A DNA stretch of 55,792 nt, filler included, from Platydemus manokwari (lineage: Eukaryota), in NCBI GenBank assembly GCA_037951405.1. It is 5 parts of 5 records of this genome, joined end to end, with 100 filler letters (N's around TTAATTAATTAA, not from the genome) between each part and the next. Parts side by side here need not be neighbours in the genome. Positions count along the whole stretch, not along the records: positions 1 to 14,592 come from JBBMOY011436978.1; 4 more parts are not named here. One strand, given 5' to 3'. The position numbers and the translations under genes are program-made. Positions 1 to 13,700 of the stretch are shown here, piece after piece (position 1 is the stretch's first letter; each line of letters opens with the position of its first letter). Under the pieces are notes generated by a model. It was not told the DNA's origin and searched no databases. It saw only the letters and a list, made by a program, of their open reading frames with translations.

Positions 1-360
1 AGAACGGCGGCCACACTTCTTCCGATAATATCAACGCACATATTGCCAGGAACTACTATTATGTCCGATCAGTGGCGCGCCTATAATGGAATCGTTGGTA
101 TTACTGGGGGCGGATTCAATCACCAAACGGTGAATCATTCTCTTAATTTTGTTGATCCTAACACTGGAGCTAACACTCAACGAATTGAACGTTCATGGAA
201 GGCAGCGAAAGAACGGAACAAACGACACAATGGCACACACAGAAGCATGTTGGATTCGTATATGTGTGAATACATGTGGCGTACACGTACCAAAGTTCAA
301 CAACTGGATGTGTTTGATGCGATCCTCGCTGACATTGTGCGTTATTGGCCACCAGCTTAA
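1..360 (+). mobile_element. Merlin (IS1595/ISXO2-like) DDE transposase, C-terminal part; 5' end lies outside the window
   Basis: Frame +1 is open from base 1: RTAATLLPII..ILPGTTIMSDQWRAY...HQTVNHSLNFVDPNTGANTQRIERSW...LDSYMCEYMWR. These are the SDxWxxY, H.VNHS..FVDP.TG..TQ.IE..W and L..Y..E..WR motifs of the DDE_Tnp_IS1595/Merlin family. Confidence 0.88.
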
Positions 361-1360
361 ATGGCGATAATTATTGTGTAAATATAGTTTTTGAAATATA
401 GTTTTAATAGTTTTTATTTATGCTAAAAATAAAAAGAATATACATTTATTAATCAATAATAAATTCATCATTAAATAATTCGGGTGAATTAAAAAACAAG
501 TACCCATAATTGTAAAGAATTAAAGTATGTCTCAATGTGGTTTTAATATTAAAAAGAGGTCTTCAGTAATTTTCAATAAAATGCAATTTGATCCATTATG
601 ATTCGTATTCCAACTACATAAATTTTTGCAATACACTCGATATATTACAAATTTTATTTTAGCACTCATTTCCTTAACATCATTCGATAAGATTAATAAT
701 TTTTGAAAAACTCTTAAATCAAATTGATTTTACTAAATCTTATCGGATTGGTTTTCTATAAATAGTATCAATACAAGATCCAGTTTCAGTGAAATTCAGA
801 AATAAAATTAACAATGAAAGAAAATTAGTTGTGCACATCAAAAACTTTATGGGAGTTAACAATTAAATCGAGTATTAAGGCCTCAGTCGGGGTGTTATTT
901 AAACCACCTAGCTAGATTTGAAAACATTTAAAGGGTGCGACATTATTTAATAGATTACGTTAGCGAATATAATAAAATACGTAATAAATAAATATTAACT
1001 GCTCCTCTTTAATTCACCTGCCATTTTGTGGAATCCTTATGACCTACATATCGAGTAGTGTGCTTGTAAATTTCATGCAAGCGAGTAATGAACGTCTTGG
1101 TCATTCATTGTCTTAAAGAGTCGACAATTTTTAACAAAAAATCGGTTTAACAATTCGTAAACTTTGAGCACACGGACAATTAATGTCGTAAATGTTAGGA
1201 AAACCTGAAATCTGACATGTAAAACACAATCAATAATTTCCAAACAATGTTTTATTCGAGAGATTATAGCTCGAGAAATTAATAAACACCGAATAAGAAA
1301 GATTTCATCAGATATTGAAGAATATTTATGAAAATGAAACCAGAATAATGAATGTTTGGA

Positions 1361-1405
1361 ATGACAATTGGTGGCATGATAATTGGTGGCATGATAATTG
1401 GTGGA
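1361..1405. repeat. 3 x 15-bp tandem repeat ATGA(C/T)AATTGGTGG(C/A)
   Basis: Units start at 1361, 1376 and 1391. May be subterminal repeats of the Merlin element. Confidence 0.85.
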
Positions 1406-2580
1406 TAAAATATATCAACTCAATTTATTCCCAAATCGATATCTGAAATGATACAACAGGACTCTTCATTGATTTGAAAAGTTTATTGTTTTGATATTAT
1501 TTATTAAAATATATTTCTATTTTCATTGATATATAAATATATATGTGATCATATCAGTAGTTATAAAATATCGCTTATAAAATAGAAAAAAATAAGGAGA
1601 AGATCCAATGACAATTTGTCGAACATTTGTTGGTTAAACATATATGTCTGCACACTTGCTCATATAATTTCAAATTCTCCCAGTATGAAGAATTCTCAAT
1701 CCTTCTTCATTCCATGTTCCGGTTTAATAAGAAAGATGATTCCCTATTTTATCGCATCAGATTATATTGTCATACTTGTCATTATTTTATGATTCTAATC
1801 ATATATCTATATATAATTAGATGTTTTATTCCTAGCTCATAATATCCCCCTTATATATTGATGTGCTCTTATAATGATGAGGAACATCATATGCTAGGAA
1901 CACCTACTGATCAACTTCTACAATTATAAAATATCTTAAAACTTCTCCACACAATTATAAACAAGAGATCAACACTGGGCGTATATCTCCTTACAACACA
2001 TCTATTATCTACACAATCAACACTTGAGTATGAATATCGATTATCTATGCCATCACCATCGATCACAAGTCGACTTTATATCAAATCTTTATCAATTCAT
2101 TTCAATTTTAGATTAGAAAATATTTTAGATGAAATATTGGATAATGTAACCATGGTAACAATATATTGATGGCTATTAGATCAGTAGCTTGTGATGTAAA
2201 TGATGGATTGATCTTCCAAAACATTCATTATCAACTATCATAACAATGATTCAAACCACAAACATTCATCAATTCATAATTTTCACTGACATCCTCCACC
2301 TCGGAGCACTTATTTTGGAAATGAAAAATTGTTTTTTACACCAATATTTGAATCCGAAAATAATTGATCTGTGTTAATAATGTATAGAATTATGTGATGG
2401 AATATTCTACCAGCTATGGCATCTATAGATAATATATGCTATTATTATTATCACGTTACAGCACCACACACACACACATACATACAACTGTAACTGATCG
2501 ACATTTACAAGCAGGTTGATGTCTATAAATTAAGTGCTAACCTATTCAATACGTAAATTATGGCGAGCACACACACACAC

Positions 2581-2926
2581 CGAATAGAAGGCCAATGTAA
2601 ACATTTGCAAAAGGAAGGATAATATTTTCCAGCTCAATGCTCTCACCCAGTTTTGGAGACAATTTCATTACACCAACACACAGGCACAATCTCGTACATT
2701 TACCACGCACACAAATATCATTCTCACATTTCGACAACACAAAATCAGATTTGATAACATAAATCTTCATATTAGTTTCGATAAGCTCATAATCTTACCA
2801 GCACTGTGTATTTGAATGAATTAAACTGGATATCAGTTAATAATTGATCCAAAATGTGCTCTAATTCCCCAGTCGCATCCAATATAGCACTCAATTTTGC
2901 ACGAATCGTTTCCTTCGAGTTCGGAT
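2581..2926 (-). CDS. Candidate internal exons of an unidentified spliced gene
   Basis: Acceptor tttatttag precedes DPNSKETIRAKLSAILDATGELEHILDQLLTDIQFNSFKYTVL. A 34-nt gtaag..aag intron (2765-2798) joins in frame to IYVIKSDFVLSKCENDICVR. No family recognised. Confidence 0.4.
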
Positions 2927-3408
2927 CTAAATAAAAGCCAAATCACAAGGATAATCGAATATCTAAATCGGAATAAACAATTTAATCAAGGTTTTTCTAA
3001 TGAAATATGAAGGGTCTACGTTTTGGTGCAAAACTAAAGGTCAGCTTAATAACTGATAAAAAATATAGATAAAATGCCGACTACAGAATATAACGAAAAT
3101 CGATAAAATATTTCAATAATAGTGATAATAATAAAATATTTCGCAGCACAAACTCAATAACAGTTTTCACTGACCTTGCATCAAATCTTACCAAATCAGA
3201 GACCAACAAAATAAAATCCAATAATAACGCCAGAGATAAAAAAGGAAATACTAAACTAGAAAGTGCTGCAAAAGCTTGTTAAAATTAGAAAATACTAATG
3301 TTTGTACAAGATTATGCTAAATTGATTTTTTTTAACCTGGTTTTTCAACTCAGGGTTTTTGAACTTGCTGGATCTTTACACCACCCTGCAACAAGGTTTC
3401 GATGAATC

Positions 3409-3504
3409 CCATTTTATGACCAGCCTTATTATACTATTGATCACAAAAAACCCTTACCGTCATTGTTCACAAGATCTAGAATAGCCGAGGCTCGTTTGTT
3501 AAGA
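3409..3504 (+). pseudogene. Possible Ty3/Gypsy RNase H remnant
   Basis: PFYDQPYYTIDHKKPLPSLFTRSRIAEARLLR resembles the F.I.TDHKPL..LF....ARL.RW motif. No open frame around it. Confidence 0.3.
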
Positions 3505-4489
3505 TCATCATCAATGCGTAAAACACAGTTTATTTCATTTCTAATCAACTCGAACAGCACGAACTTCCTAAACCAAATAGCAATTACAAACCAAGTAGCT
3601 CAATTTAGAACAACTTTGCATTGACAGAATGAAGATCTCCAACACTCAAGGGAATAAAAACAAGCTTCAATAAATACTTGTTCTGGAAATCAAACGAAAT
3701 TTATGTAAAAAAACGATTAAGAAAATATGAATGAACTTTTTGCTTCTGCACGTGAAAAAACGAAATATCTCCTTCGAGCCCATATTCGGCAGCGACTAAG
3801 TTCAGCAATTTCGTCTCGTCCTTTGTCTACACAGATAAGCTGTTACATATGCGAAATATTCGATAAATACAACTTTTCCTGCAGGTACCTCGTCACAATT
3901 CGGCAACAGTATTACAATTTCTTTATTTTTGGATCTCATTAAAAAGACTATTTGCTGTTAATTTTAAAATTCAGTTCTAATTACAAAGACCGTGAATTAT
4001 TGAAAAAGTCTGTTAAAACAAATCAATTATAAATTCAATAAATACTATTTTTTTTATTATTTGTACTTGATAATTATTGATAACCATTTTATTGATTTGA
4101 TATTTTATCTTTCAATAATTTTAAAAATGTTCTCAAATGATTGGTCTAAGTTCAGTTTTATGGAACTCCTCAACTTTTCAAAGCGATTTTAATGCCATTT
4201 TATTATTAGAAATGATTTCGAATCTTTGAAATGCTTGAGATTTCTAATAATATTGATTTTAAATTATTCGCTGTTATTATTTAGAAAGAACGAAAGGAAA
4301 TTCAAAATAAATTTATTTCAAATGTGCTATTTCATATTGATTTTTAAAAAACTCTATAATATCGAAGGCTTCCTTGTATGTGTCATACTGGCACCATAAG
4401 GTTGAATGATTAAACCATGACCCTCCCTCTTACAACTCACAATATTAACAAATTTTCATTCCTTTGAACCTATTTCATTATCAATCCTT

Positions 4490-5930
4490 ATTCAATATGG
4501 CGGCATATTTTTGAAAAAATATGTTGGCGCATTGTAAAAATTGTTAAAATCAATATTATACAAATGAACTTATCGTGTCCTTGTGATATTTTGATTATTT
4601 TGTATAGCCATAAATGTCCGGTAAGGGTATCACATTGATTCATAAAGGGTAAATCAATAAAATTTGATGTTTGATACTTCCTGTGTACTGTCAAATATAT
4701 TGGAAATAAATGTTTGACTCCTCCTTGAATGTAAACTTCAGAGTAATGACAAGTTAATTATCAATAACGATTCACTCTTGCTCCATCTTTTCCAATCTCA
4801 CAAGTTTTTAATTAAATTTTTTTTGAAATTTCATCTCAGCGAATAAAGCTTTGTGAAGTCGAGATAAATTTAATCGTTACCATAATTTACTGAAAATCAG
4901 ACCAAGCAAAAAAAATTTAAACTCAATCAACGGACTCCCTTGTAAATAATTGCCTTGATTTTTACATTGACATCTTCATTACCAGGTGATCCATATAATT
5001 TTAGATTATTCCACTGTTAGTATTAGTTAATGCCATCTGAGAAGGAACATTGCCAAAAAAAATCTAAATCAAAATGTAAATAATTCTTCAAGCATCTCAA
5101 AGACAGTGTTTATCAGTTAGCTGAAATATTTTGAAAATTTGCTTTGATAAATAATTTATCGATCGGTAAAGTGTCTTATTTAATTCTCTGATTTAGTCAA
5201 CGTTCAGTCCATTCTATTTATCGAATAAGATTGGTGCTCGATCTGGCTAAGACACGATGATATTTTAATAGCTTTTGTTTTGTAAGTCTCATTGGATTTT
5301 GATTCGATATAAAATATTCCATGGTTTTGGTGATTGGATGATTTCTTAGCCATATTAATGAGAGGAGAATCACATTCTTATAAAATACGTACATAATCCA
5401 ATCAATATTGGCTGAGAATCTGTACAAGGCATTACACAAAAGACAAGGAAATTACATTTTTATTCATTCGAGAATTGGAATTGATTTATCAATCTCGTCA
5501 ACGATTGGCAGATTTTTTAAATCCCACATCAGTTAATGTTTCTATAAATGATATCATTAAAATTGACTCCTGGGCGCTCTCCAAACGCAGAGAACATTTT
5601 CTATTGAATTTAATAATTTTTAGTTTTATATATGAGCGTTTGGGATCGATTTTTATGTAGCTGATATCGATTTTAAGAGTTTTTGATAAAAACGAAATGA
5701 AATAAAAATTATTCCGCAAATCATATATGCTGGGGTTTTGGCCAATAGTGATAAAGAATAGGGTTCAATTTAATAAAACAATAAAATCAATAACGCCCGA
5801 ACGTAACATATGTATATGATAATGGCAGTAATAAATAATTAATGGGAATAATCAAGTTTTTAGCCATTTCGGGACTGACGATAACATGATAAAAGAATTA
5901 TGCATCATCCAGTATCAATTATCTATCTCG
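4490..5930 (-). pseudogene. Highly decayed LTR-retrotransposon (Gypsy-like) pol remnant
   Basis: Motif-like traces occur in pol order on the minus strand: IIDTG (protease-like, ~5910), IKIDPK (~5650) and DTLTGHLWLYK (integrase Zn-finger GH-like, ~4615). Many stops. Confidence 0.25.
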
Positions 5931-7727
5931 TATAAATAATTATCAATGTTTATATTGCAGTTATATATAAACATTATGTATAATTAATATATTAATTATT
6001 ATTTAATAATTTTTCAGTGTTATTTTCAATTATTTTTGGAGGTCTTTTGTCTCCCCAAGTTGCCTTTATCAATCAAAATCGCAACTCAATTTTCAGTACA
6101 GCCCGGATTGTTTTATCAGCAGATATATGTTTGAATGATGAGCTCTACCCTGACAACAGTAATGCTGCAAAATTTATTGCTTCTAAGAATTGCTCATTCC
6201 TTTAGCAGATTTTTTAATTATTTGTGAGGGAAAATATAATAATTATAGACTTTGGAATATTAAACTCGATTCTGATTGGCTAATTTAATTTAGGCATCAA
6301 CCTTCTTGGATTGTTATTTATAATGAAACTCATTTTTTTTAATATTTATTACGCGAATATCAAACGTATCCGATCGAATAAATGGTAAATTTTCAAGAAA
6401 AACCCAAGAAATCATAAAAGACAATTCTAAACTTACAATGTCACCTAATTTCAAATGAAAACCAGGCAAGTTAGAACATCATTCACAGATTAAATACAAT
6501 ATGGCATGGCGATTCCAAGAAGTGTGTTGGTCAATTACAAAAAATCTTGTAAAAATATAAATGCTCACTATCGGTATCAGAATTTTAAATACAAGATTTT
6601 CACGCAAGAAATAATATTCAAGAATACCAGAAAAATACCAAAAAATTTATGAAGATGGAAATAATTAACTTTTCTGAAAGGGGATCATTTGCGCTTATTT
6701 GATTGATAAATAAATTAGAGAAGAATCGAGCTACCTGAAATATCAATTCTTTTATTGACTTCTTTTTGACTAGGATTGGATGTCATTAGTTCTCATCATG
6801 AGTACTCCAACTTATTCTCAATAAATAAACACTTATCTCTTCTATGCAAGTTCAAAGTTGTCAATTTATTTGAGAAGAAATAACAAAAATATATTGGAGA
6901 AATTCCTGATTCCTGGTATTAAGCATTTAGAAAAATCAGAGTTAATGAGTCAATCAATTTGTGGGCGTCTTAATTTCAGCCGGTACATGCGGTGCAGAAG
7001 AGTTTTAAACAATCTGGAGAATGAGTACAATTTGTAGTCTTCTTAATTATTTATTTTGAGATCCAAAATTTTGAACAGTCATAAGATAACTTTATAATTG
7101 ATAAGATCTCAAGAGGCAGCAACAAGAATATTTCCTGCAGGTCTCAGTAGGCAAATTATATTTTCATAAAATTGTCATGTTAAACAGATGTGTTGATGTA
7201 ACAAATTATACGATAACCTTTTGTGATTGCATAATCATCTTCAATCTATAATTTTTTATCCGAATATGATTTCATAATTTGTCATCTCTTCAACAATTTA
7301 TGCGGCATGCATCAAACAAAACTTTTTGTTTTATCGATTTTAATAATAATATAAAATTTATCTCCTATTGAATCACGAATTATTAATGATTACCGGCAGA
7401 AAAATGATAAGAAAAATAAATCAATATTCTATTAGTGCATGGGATATACATGTTTCCGTTGTGTTGATATAATCGATTAAGTATTTTTATAGGAGAATCA
7501 GATATTTAATTTGTAGCGAAAAGGAATTAAAGTGGACGCACACTGACGAAAATATTTTTCAAGATATAAATGTCTTAAAAATGTGTTGGCTTGATGTGCT
7601 AGCTAGTTGATTAAATCCATTTGTTAGACAGAGTTCTGCAGGAACCTTGCAGACATGAAATTAGAATAAATTATTGGTTAGCTTTGTGATTTGTATTTGA
7701 TTTTGAAATCCTATTAAAACCATTCAT

Positions 7728-7829
7728 CAATGACATTCAGATGTTGTCAAACAACCAATGACATTCAGATGTTGTCAAACAACCAATGACATTCAGATGT
7801 TGTCAAACAACCAATGACATGTCAAACAA
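7728..7829. repeat. Minisatellite, 3 identical 28-bp units CAATGACATTCAGATGTTGTCAAACAAC plus a truncated fourth
   Basis: Units start at 7728, 7756, 7784 and 7812. No spacers. Confidence 0.95.
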
Positions 7830-10039
7830 AAACAAAACTTGTTTAATTAATTGATTGGATTATTTGTTGATTACATAATAACAAAATAATATTTGTTATT
7901 TTGGCTTGGGAAATCGTATATATTCGTCGAGAAATGAGAATGAAAATTGAATAAAAACATTCGTTTATATTGATTTCTTTCTATCGATTGTAAATCAATA
8001 TTATCTAATAATGTTTTGAATGATAACATGTTTATTCAAAAACCATTTCTGGATATTGATAGATCGATTAAATAAACATTAATACTGAAATATTGATTTA
8101 TATATTGATTGTAGTTTACAATTTGATTTAATTGTTTTAATCGGGAAACAAAAGCTTAAGAAAATTCGAAACAGTGGAATAAATTAAAGAAAAAGTGGGG
8201 AAAGCTAAAGGAAAATCAAAGAGCGCAAAATTGATAAAAAGCAGTTTTATGAATTCTGCATAAGATAAAGAGCATCAATAATGGATGTCTATTTGTAGAA
8301 AACAAGAATACTCAATCCAAGTCTCAATCTAATATTCCAAATCACCCCAATTATCTGGCTACTTTATCTTATATTTGATTTTTCACAATCTGATAATGAT
8401 GGCGTTTCAGGCTTAATATTTGATCATTTATTGATTTATAAAGTGATTATTTATAAAGTGATTATATATTATTAAATATTTGTGCAGATTTCATCATTTT
8501 TATCTTTATAAATGCGCGAAATTAAATATTTATTTATTTGAGGGATTACATTTTAAAATATAAATCTTCTGAGCATTAATTAGTAAAAAAATGAGAAAAT
8601 AAATATAAATAATCAATAACGGTACAATGTATGAAAATGATTTAATGTAAGAAAGAAAATCGATATCAAATTATGAATAATGCTGCCCCAAATACCAATG
8701 GTTATTAAGATACAAAGTAGCCAAAACCTTATAAGTACACAACAGCAACTAGAAAAATCACTCGCAAAATTTTAACGATTTACTAACGATTGGAAGCAAA
8801 CCATTCTTGAGTTTAAAAAATGTGTTATAACTGAATAATTCTAGTTGTGAAACAATCAATAAAATAGCTTCTCTCTCAAGGAAATTAGAGCAAATTTTTA
8901 AATGCCAAGCCAAAATTTGAGTTATATCAAAAAATAAATTATTTTAGTCTCATTAGGTGGTTTGTTTATTGATTTTATTGTACTATCGTGCTGTTTATAT
9001 ACTTGATTATTTGTTTTGGAACAATAATCGATTGAAATATAAATTGGAGGTTATTGAATAATTATTTATTAAATCAATTAACGTTTCTTGTGGAACACTA
9101 CCTCATTTCTCATTTAGTTATATCTATTCAATTTATTTTTTATGGCTTTTATTTATTTATTTTATTGACTGAGTTCTTCAGTTTGGTTTAAGTTTTTGTG
9201 TTATGAAATTGTATTGATTTGCTAGCTTTAAATTTGCTCACTGATTCTTAGGGCACTTCAATAGTGGGTATTGAGGACCTCGTTATCAGAAAATATTTGA
9301 CTGAAAATAGCTTAAGTAAAAAGACAACTCGTTTCCATCAATGTTTTATTATCTTTCAAAATTACACCGTTAGTTTTTTCTAATATTTAAACAAATCTCA
9401 TTTTTTATCTAACTATAATAATAATAACTTTTGCAACAATGAACGCTTCTTTGTATTGACCTCAACTTTGTACGCGTCGGACTACCAGCTACTCACTTTC
9501 CTGACTCTCTGAATATTGTGAATTTTGTTTCGTTGTTTTTTCATTTTTATCATTTTGATTTTTTAAATAAATTTTAAAAGTCTATATTGTCTTGTGAGTG
9601 ACTTAGAGTTTCAGATACACATAAATTTATATATTATAATAGCTGTGAGATTATAATTATTAATATATATTATAAATTTAGATTTTACCAAGCGTATTTC
9701 TTTCATTGTGAGCTTAAATAATTATTATCAAATTCGTAATAGATAAATTAGCTTCAGGAACCTTTAGATTAATTCAGTATATTATTCAATACCCGTTATT
9801 ATAGTCTTCTAAAACTAGTGGTTAAAACTAAAGCTAATATTGATCAACCACAACCATAACCAAACGAATATGATAACGATAACCATAATCAATAAAATAA
9901 TTTTTTTTATTTAATAATGGTACTCTTAGTGCTTTACTCAACCTGTACTATAATCTGCCTGTCTGTCGTCTTTTTCTGTGAACCATACCCCTTTTGGCTC
10001 ATATACTCCTTCTGTCGTTTAAATAAATCTTTAGGCATA

Positions 10040-10262
10040 TGTACATACGTTTTCCTTTTGTACTGCTTGGTGCTTGCATAGCCTTCTGACATCAGCTTTT
10101 TCCTAATGCTGTAACTAATTTAGAACATAGTTTCAATTCAGGTACTTGATTATCAGTATTTATAGCTATCCGAGTTAAATAGATGGGCAATCTTCTGCAA
10201 ATGGTTTCTGGTTCATAACCACATGCTTTGTCCATTTCATAGTATTCTGAATGTGAAATTCC
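10040..10262 (-). pseudogene. Possible retrotransposon gag-like remnant
   Basis: Minus strand reads KACGYEPETICRRLPIYLTRIA..NQVPE...KLVTAL, similar to the gag capsid LP.YL.G.A pattern. Interrupted by stops. Confidence 0.25.
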
Positions 10263-10793
10263 AAAGAATTACTCCCGGAAATTTTTACAGGTAATTTTAT
10301 GCTAATCATCATCATTTTTTATTTGGACAAATTATGGGAAATTTTAAAGAATTTTGTTATTATTATTTCGTCTGTAGTCTATACCCAACCTAAGAAAAGA
10401 GCTTTATAAATATTCTAAAAAATTCTTAGGTTTCATTAGCATTTGAAATAAATAAACATGCTTGTACTGTCGATCAAAGCTTTATTGATAACAGAATTAA
10501 TGAATTAATAGATTTATTAGTAATAATACATGAATTTTTGAACCCAACTTGTACTTTTCATTTTTCAATTTCATACTTAAATTCAAATTTCATTTCATTT
10601 TTAAAGTTTGAAAATTAAAATAAAATTCAAAACAAGATTAACTGAAAACAAAATAAAGTTAAACTTTTAAATTATTAATCATTATAATAAGCTATTTGCC
10701 TCCTGATTTTAACGCGTTTCTTTAAAATTAAAATTCAAAATAATTTTTACATCCGCTTGTTTTGTAAAATCTATTTAAAGTTTTGTCAGAATT

Positions 10794-13700
10794 ATGGCAG
10801 CAAGAAATAAATACATTATAGATTTTAATAAATGTCTCGGAAAAGGTGCTACGGCGGACGTTTTTCTTGGAATAAAGACTGTAAGTAAAGTTGATTTTGA
10901 TATTAAATTTGTCATTTAAACCAGGATGATGCCACTCATTGTGCCATGAAATGCTCGAAGTATCCTCTTAAAAAGGAAATATCGATCTTAAAAGATCTGA
11001 ACCATTCCAATATTGTTAAATATTATGACAGTTGGATAAAGGTGATTTATAAAGCTGGTCTTGTTGATGGAGATTAATAAATCGTTTTTATTGACAGTTC
11101 TCGGGTTACGAGCAAGTTATTATTATGGAATATTGCAACAAAGGTTCTCTATACGAATTCATTGAGATGCATCAGGGACTGTGTGACAATATGCTCCTGA
11201 AGATGCTCGAATGCTTGAGTAAGTTCTGGCTGATGTTTGTGGTTGTCATGAAGATGTGACTGTATATTGTGTTCTGATATTGATCGTCTGTATGCCGTTG
11301 CTATGAATTGGTCTACAAATCGGTCTACTGGCCATATCGATGTATCAGAGAAATAAAATATCGATTTGTTCAGATAACGGTATCTCGTATCTACGGAGCA
11401 AAGTTCTCGTGCATCGCGACATTAAGCCAGGTAACATGATGGTGCACGAGGATGACATGGGCTATTTTCATATCAAACTTGGTGACATGGGCACTGCCAA
11501 ACGTGTCGATGATGATCAAACATTTCCATCGCTTGTGGGCACAGAGGAGTATTTGGTTGGTATTGATTAATTGAGCAGGGCAATTATTGACGGCTCACCG
11601 TGCAGCACCCTGACATGTACATCCGATATTTGGAAAACATCAAGATGCAACACAAGGCCAATGTGGATCTGTGGTCGATTGGGGTGACCTTGTATCACGC
11701 TGTTGTCACCGAGTTGCCATTCATCCCCTTCAATTATTCGAGATCGTCAGATATCGCCAAGGAAACACTGTAAGCTCGATTGATTGGCTAATTGATTGGC
11801 GATGTTGTGTGGGATGTTGTGTGTTGACGACAAGCCTTGTTTCAGGAAATACATGTACGAGACTAAGAAGCCGGGCATTATCTCAGGTCGACAGAATAGC
11901 GAAAACAGAAATGATATCACGTGGTCCTCAATGCTCCCGGATAAATGTCGCCTTTCAAAGTAAGTTGCGATTGTAAATGGCACTGGGGGCGCGGAGGGGG
12001 GGGTAAATGGCAGCCAATCGCATTGTGTTAAACAGGAAGGGGGCGGGGCATCCATTGATTCCCGTTTGGTGAATGAATGAATGAATGATGATTGTCATGC
12101 AGAATGCTGATCCAAATGGTCTCCAAGCTCATTGGCGGACTCATGGACAGAGATGACAACAACACCTACAATCGCTTCTTCGACGAGTGTAACAAAATCT
12201 TGTCCAAAAAACGCGTCCTCATATTTAACAGCCTAACAGGCGAGCTCCAAATGCTCTATCTCGATAACATGTAATGAACATTATTGATCGCAATAATTAT
12301 TATTTGTTATTTCATCGATCATGTTTTGCCAGAAATTACAGCAATCTTGTCGAGACGATTTCCACTTTGATTAAGGTGCCTCGAAAGGAATTCATTTTAC
12401 TCACGAAATCCAAACGTTTGGAGCCTGTGTCGAGTGTTGCAGGAGATTGCTTGAAATCGTTGCCAATTAAAGGTCATCTGAAATATAAGCTCACCGATGA
12501 TACTGTCATGGTGATGGTTACCAAGGTGATGGAGTTTAAAGCCACCGATCTCGTAACTCGAGAACTCAACGGTGAGTCTTGCTTAAGCTGAAACTTTAGA
12601 CATAATCGATATTGATATTGATCGGCATTGATATTGATCGGCATTGATATTGATCGATATTGATATTGATCGATATTGATATTGATAGGCATTGACATTG
12701 ATCGATATAAATTTAGGTAATTGCGAGACCCCCATGCCCAAATATCGTAGTTTGAAGGAAGCAATTAAATATTCAGACAAGTTGATGAAATCGATTTATC
12801 AGGTCAGTCATACCACGAATTATATCGATTGCCAGGTTGATTGCTACAAAGCTGTGGTGACGTCATTCATGTGAGTTCCGTTCGATGTGATTTATTGGCT
12901 GAAATTTAACCAATTATTATTATTGATGGTCATTATTGAATATGCATTATCGATCATTATTGATTATATTATTGATAATTTCTATTTTAATGATGATTTT
13001 GATTTTGTAAACCGGTTTGATTCATGATGATATTTTCTTTATATTATTGTTTCCATAGTGATATCAATATTGATTATTTACCATGACACAGAGAGCATGC
13101 TATGATAGATCAGTTGCGATTAATGAATGAAGCGTTACCATGGCAAATGAAGACCATTCGAGATACGAGCTTGATGACGGAATGTTTGGTGAACATCACA
13201 GAAAAAGTCATCTCGAAAGCAGATGCCGGATTCGACAACCAGGAAAGCTTAGTGAGATGTAAAACAGAAATAGATCAGGTAGATGTCGACATATTGCTGT
13301 GCCCAGCTGATATCGATTATGTGTTTACCAGCTCAGACAGAAGGCCTCAGAAGGTGAAAAATGTGGCGAACAATATTATTCGAAAATTGTCGAGCGTCGA
13401 GAAATGGTCAAATTTACCTCAAAGGCATTTGATACAGACGATATTCAAGAAAGGGACTTTAACGATTCCCTCGATTTCTTGGTACATTTATCTGAAGAAC
13501 TCGTCAATGAGGTGAAATTAGTGCCAGACGACAATATTAACGTTGACGATGCCTACAAATTGGAAATTTGGCAGCGCCAGTAGGAGATTTTTATTGATTT
13601 TTAATTGATTTTCATTTGATGTCCTCACCTGTAATGTATTGATATTTCATTGAGTAGTGTGTTGTTTTTATGAGAACTTGATCAACATCACCTTTCCATA

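Noticed and set aside
1-360. Bacterial IS1595 contamination or bacterial gene transfer
   Set aside because: The VNHS..FVDP.TG..TQ.IE..W form is typical of eukaryotic Merlin, and the flanks match the host composition.
7728-7829. CRISPR-like 28-bp repeats
   Set aside because: Units are directly adjacent with no spacers, there are no cas genes, and the context is eukaryotic.
12474-12780. Repetitive ORFs (ININIDQYQY / SISIS)
   Set aside because: Antisense translations of an intronic minisatellite in TBK1.
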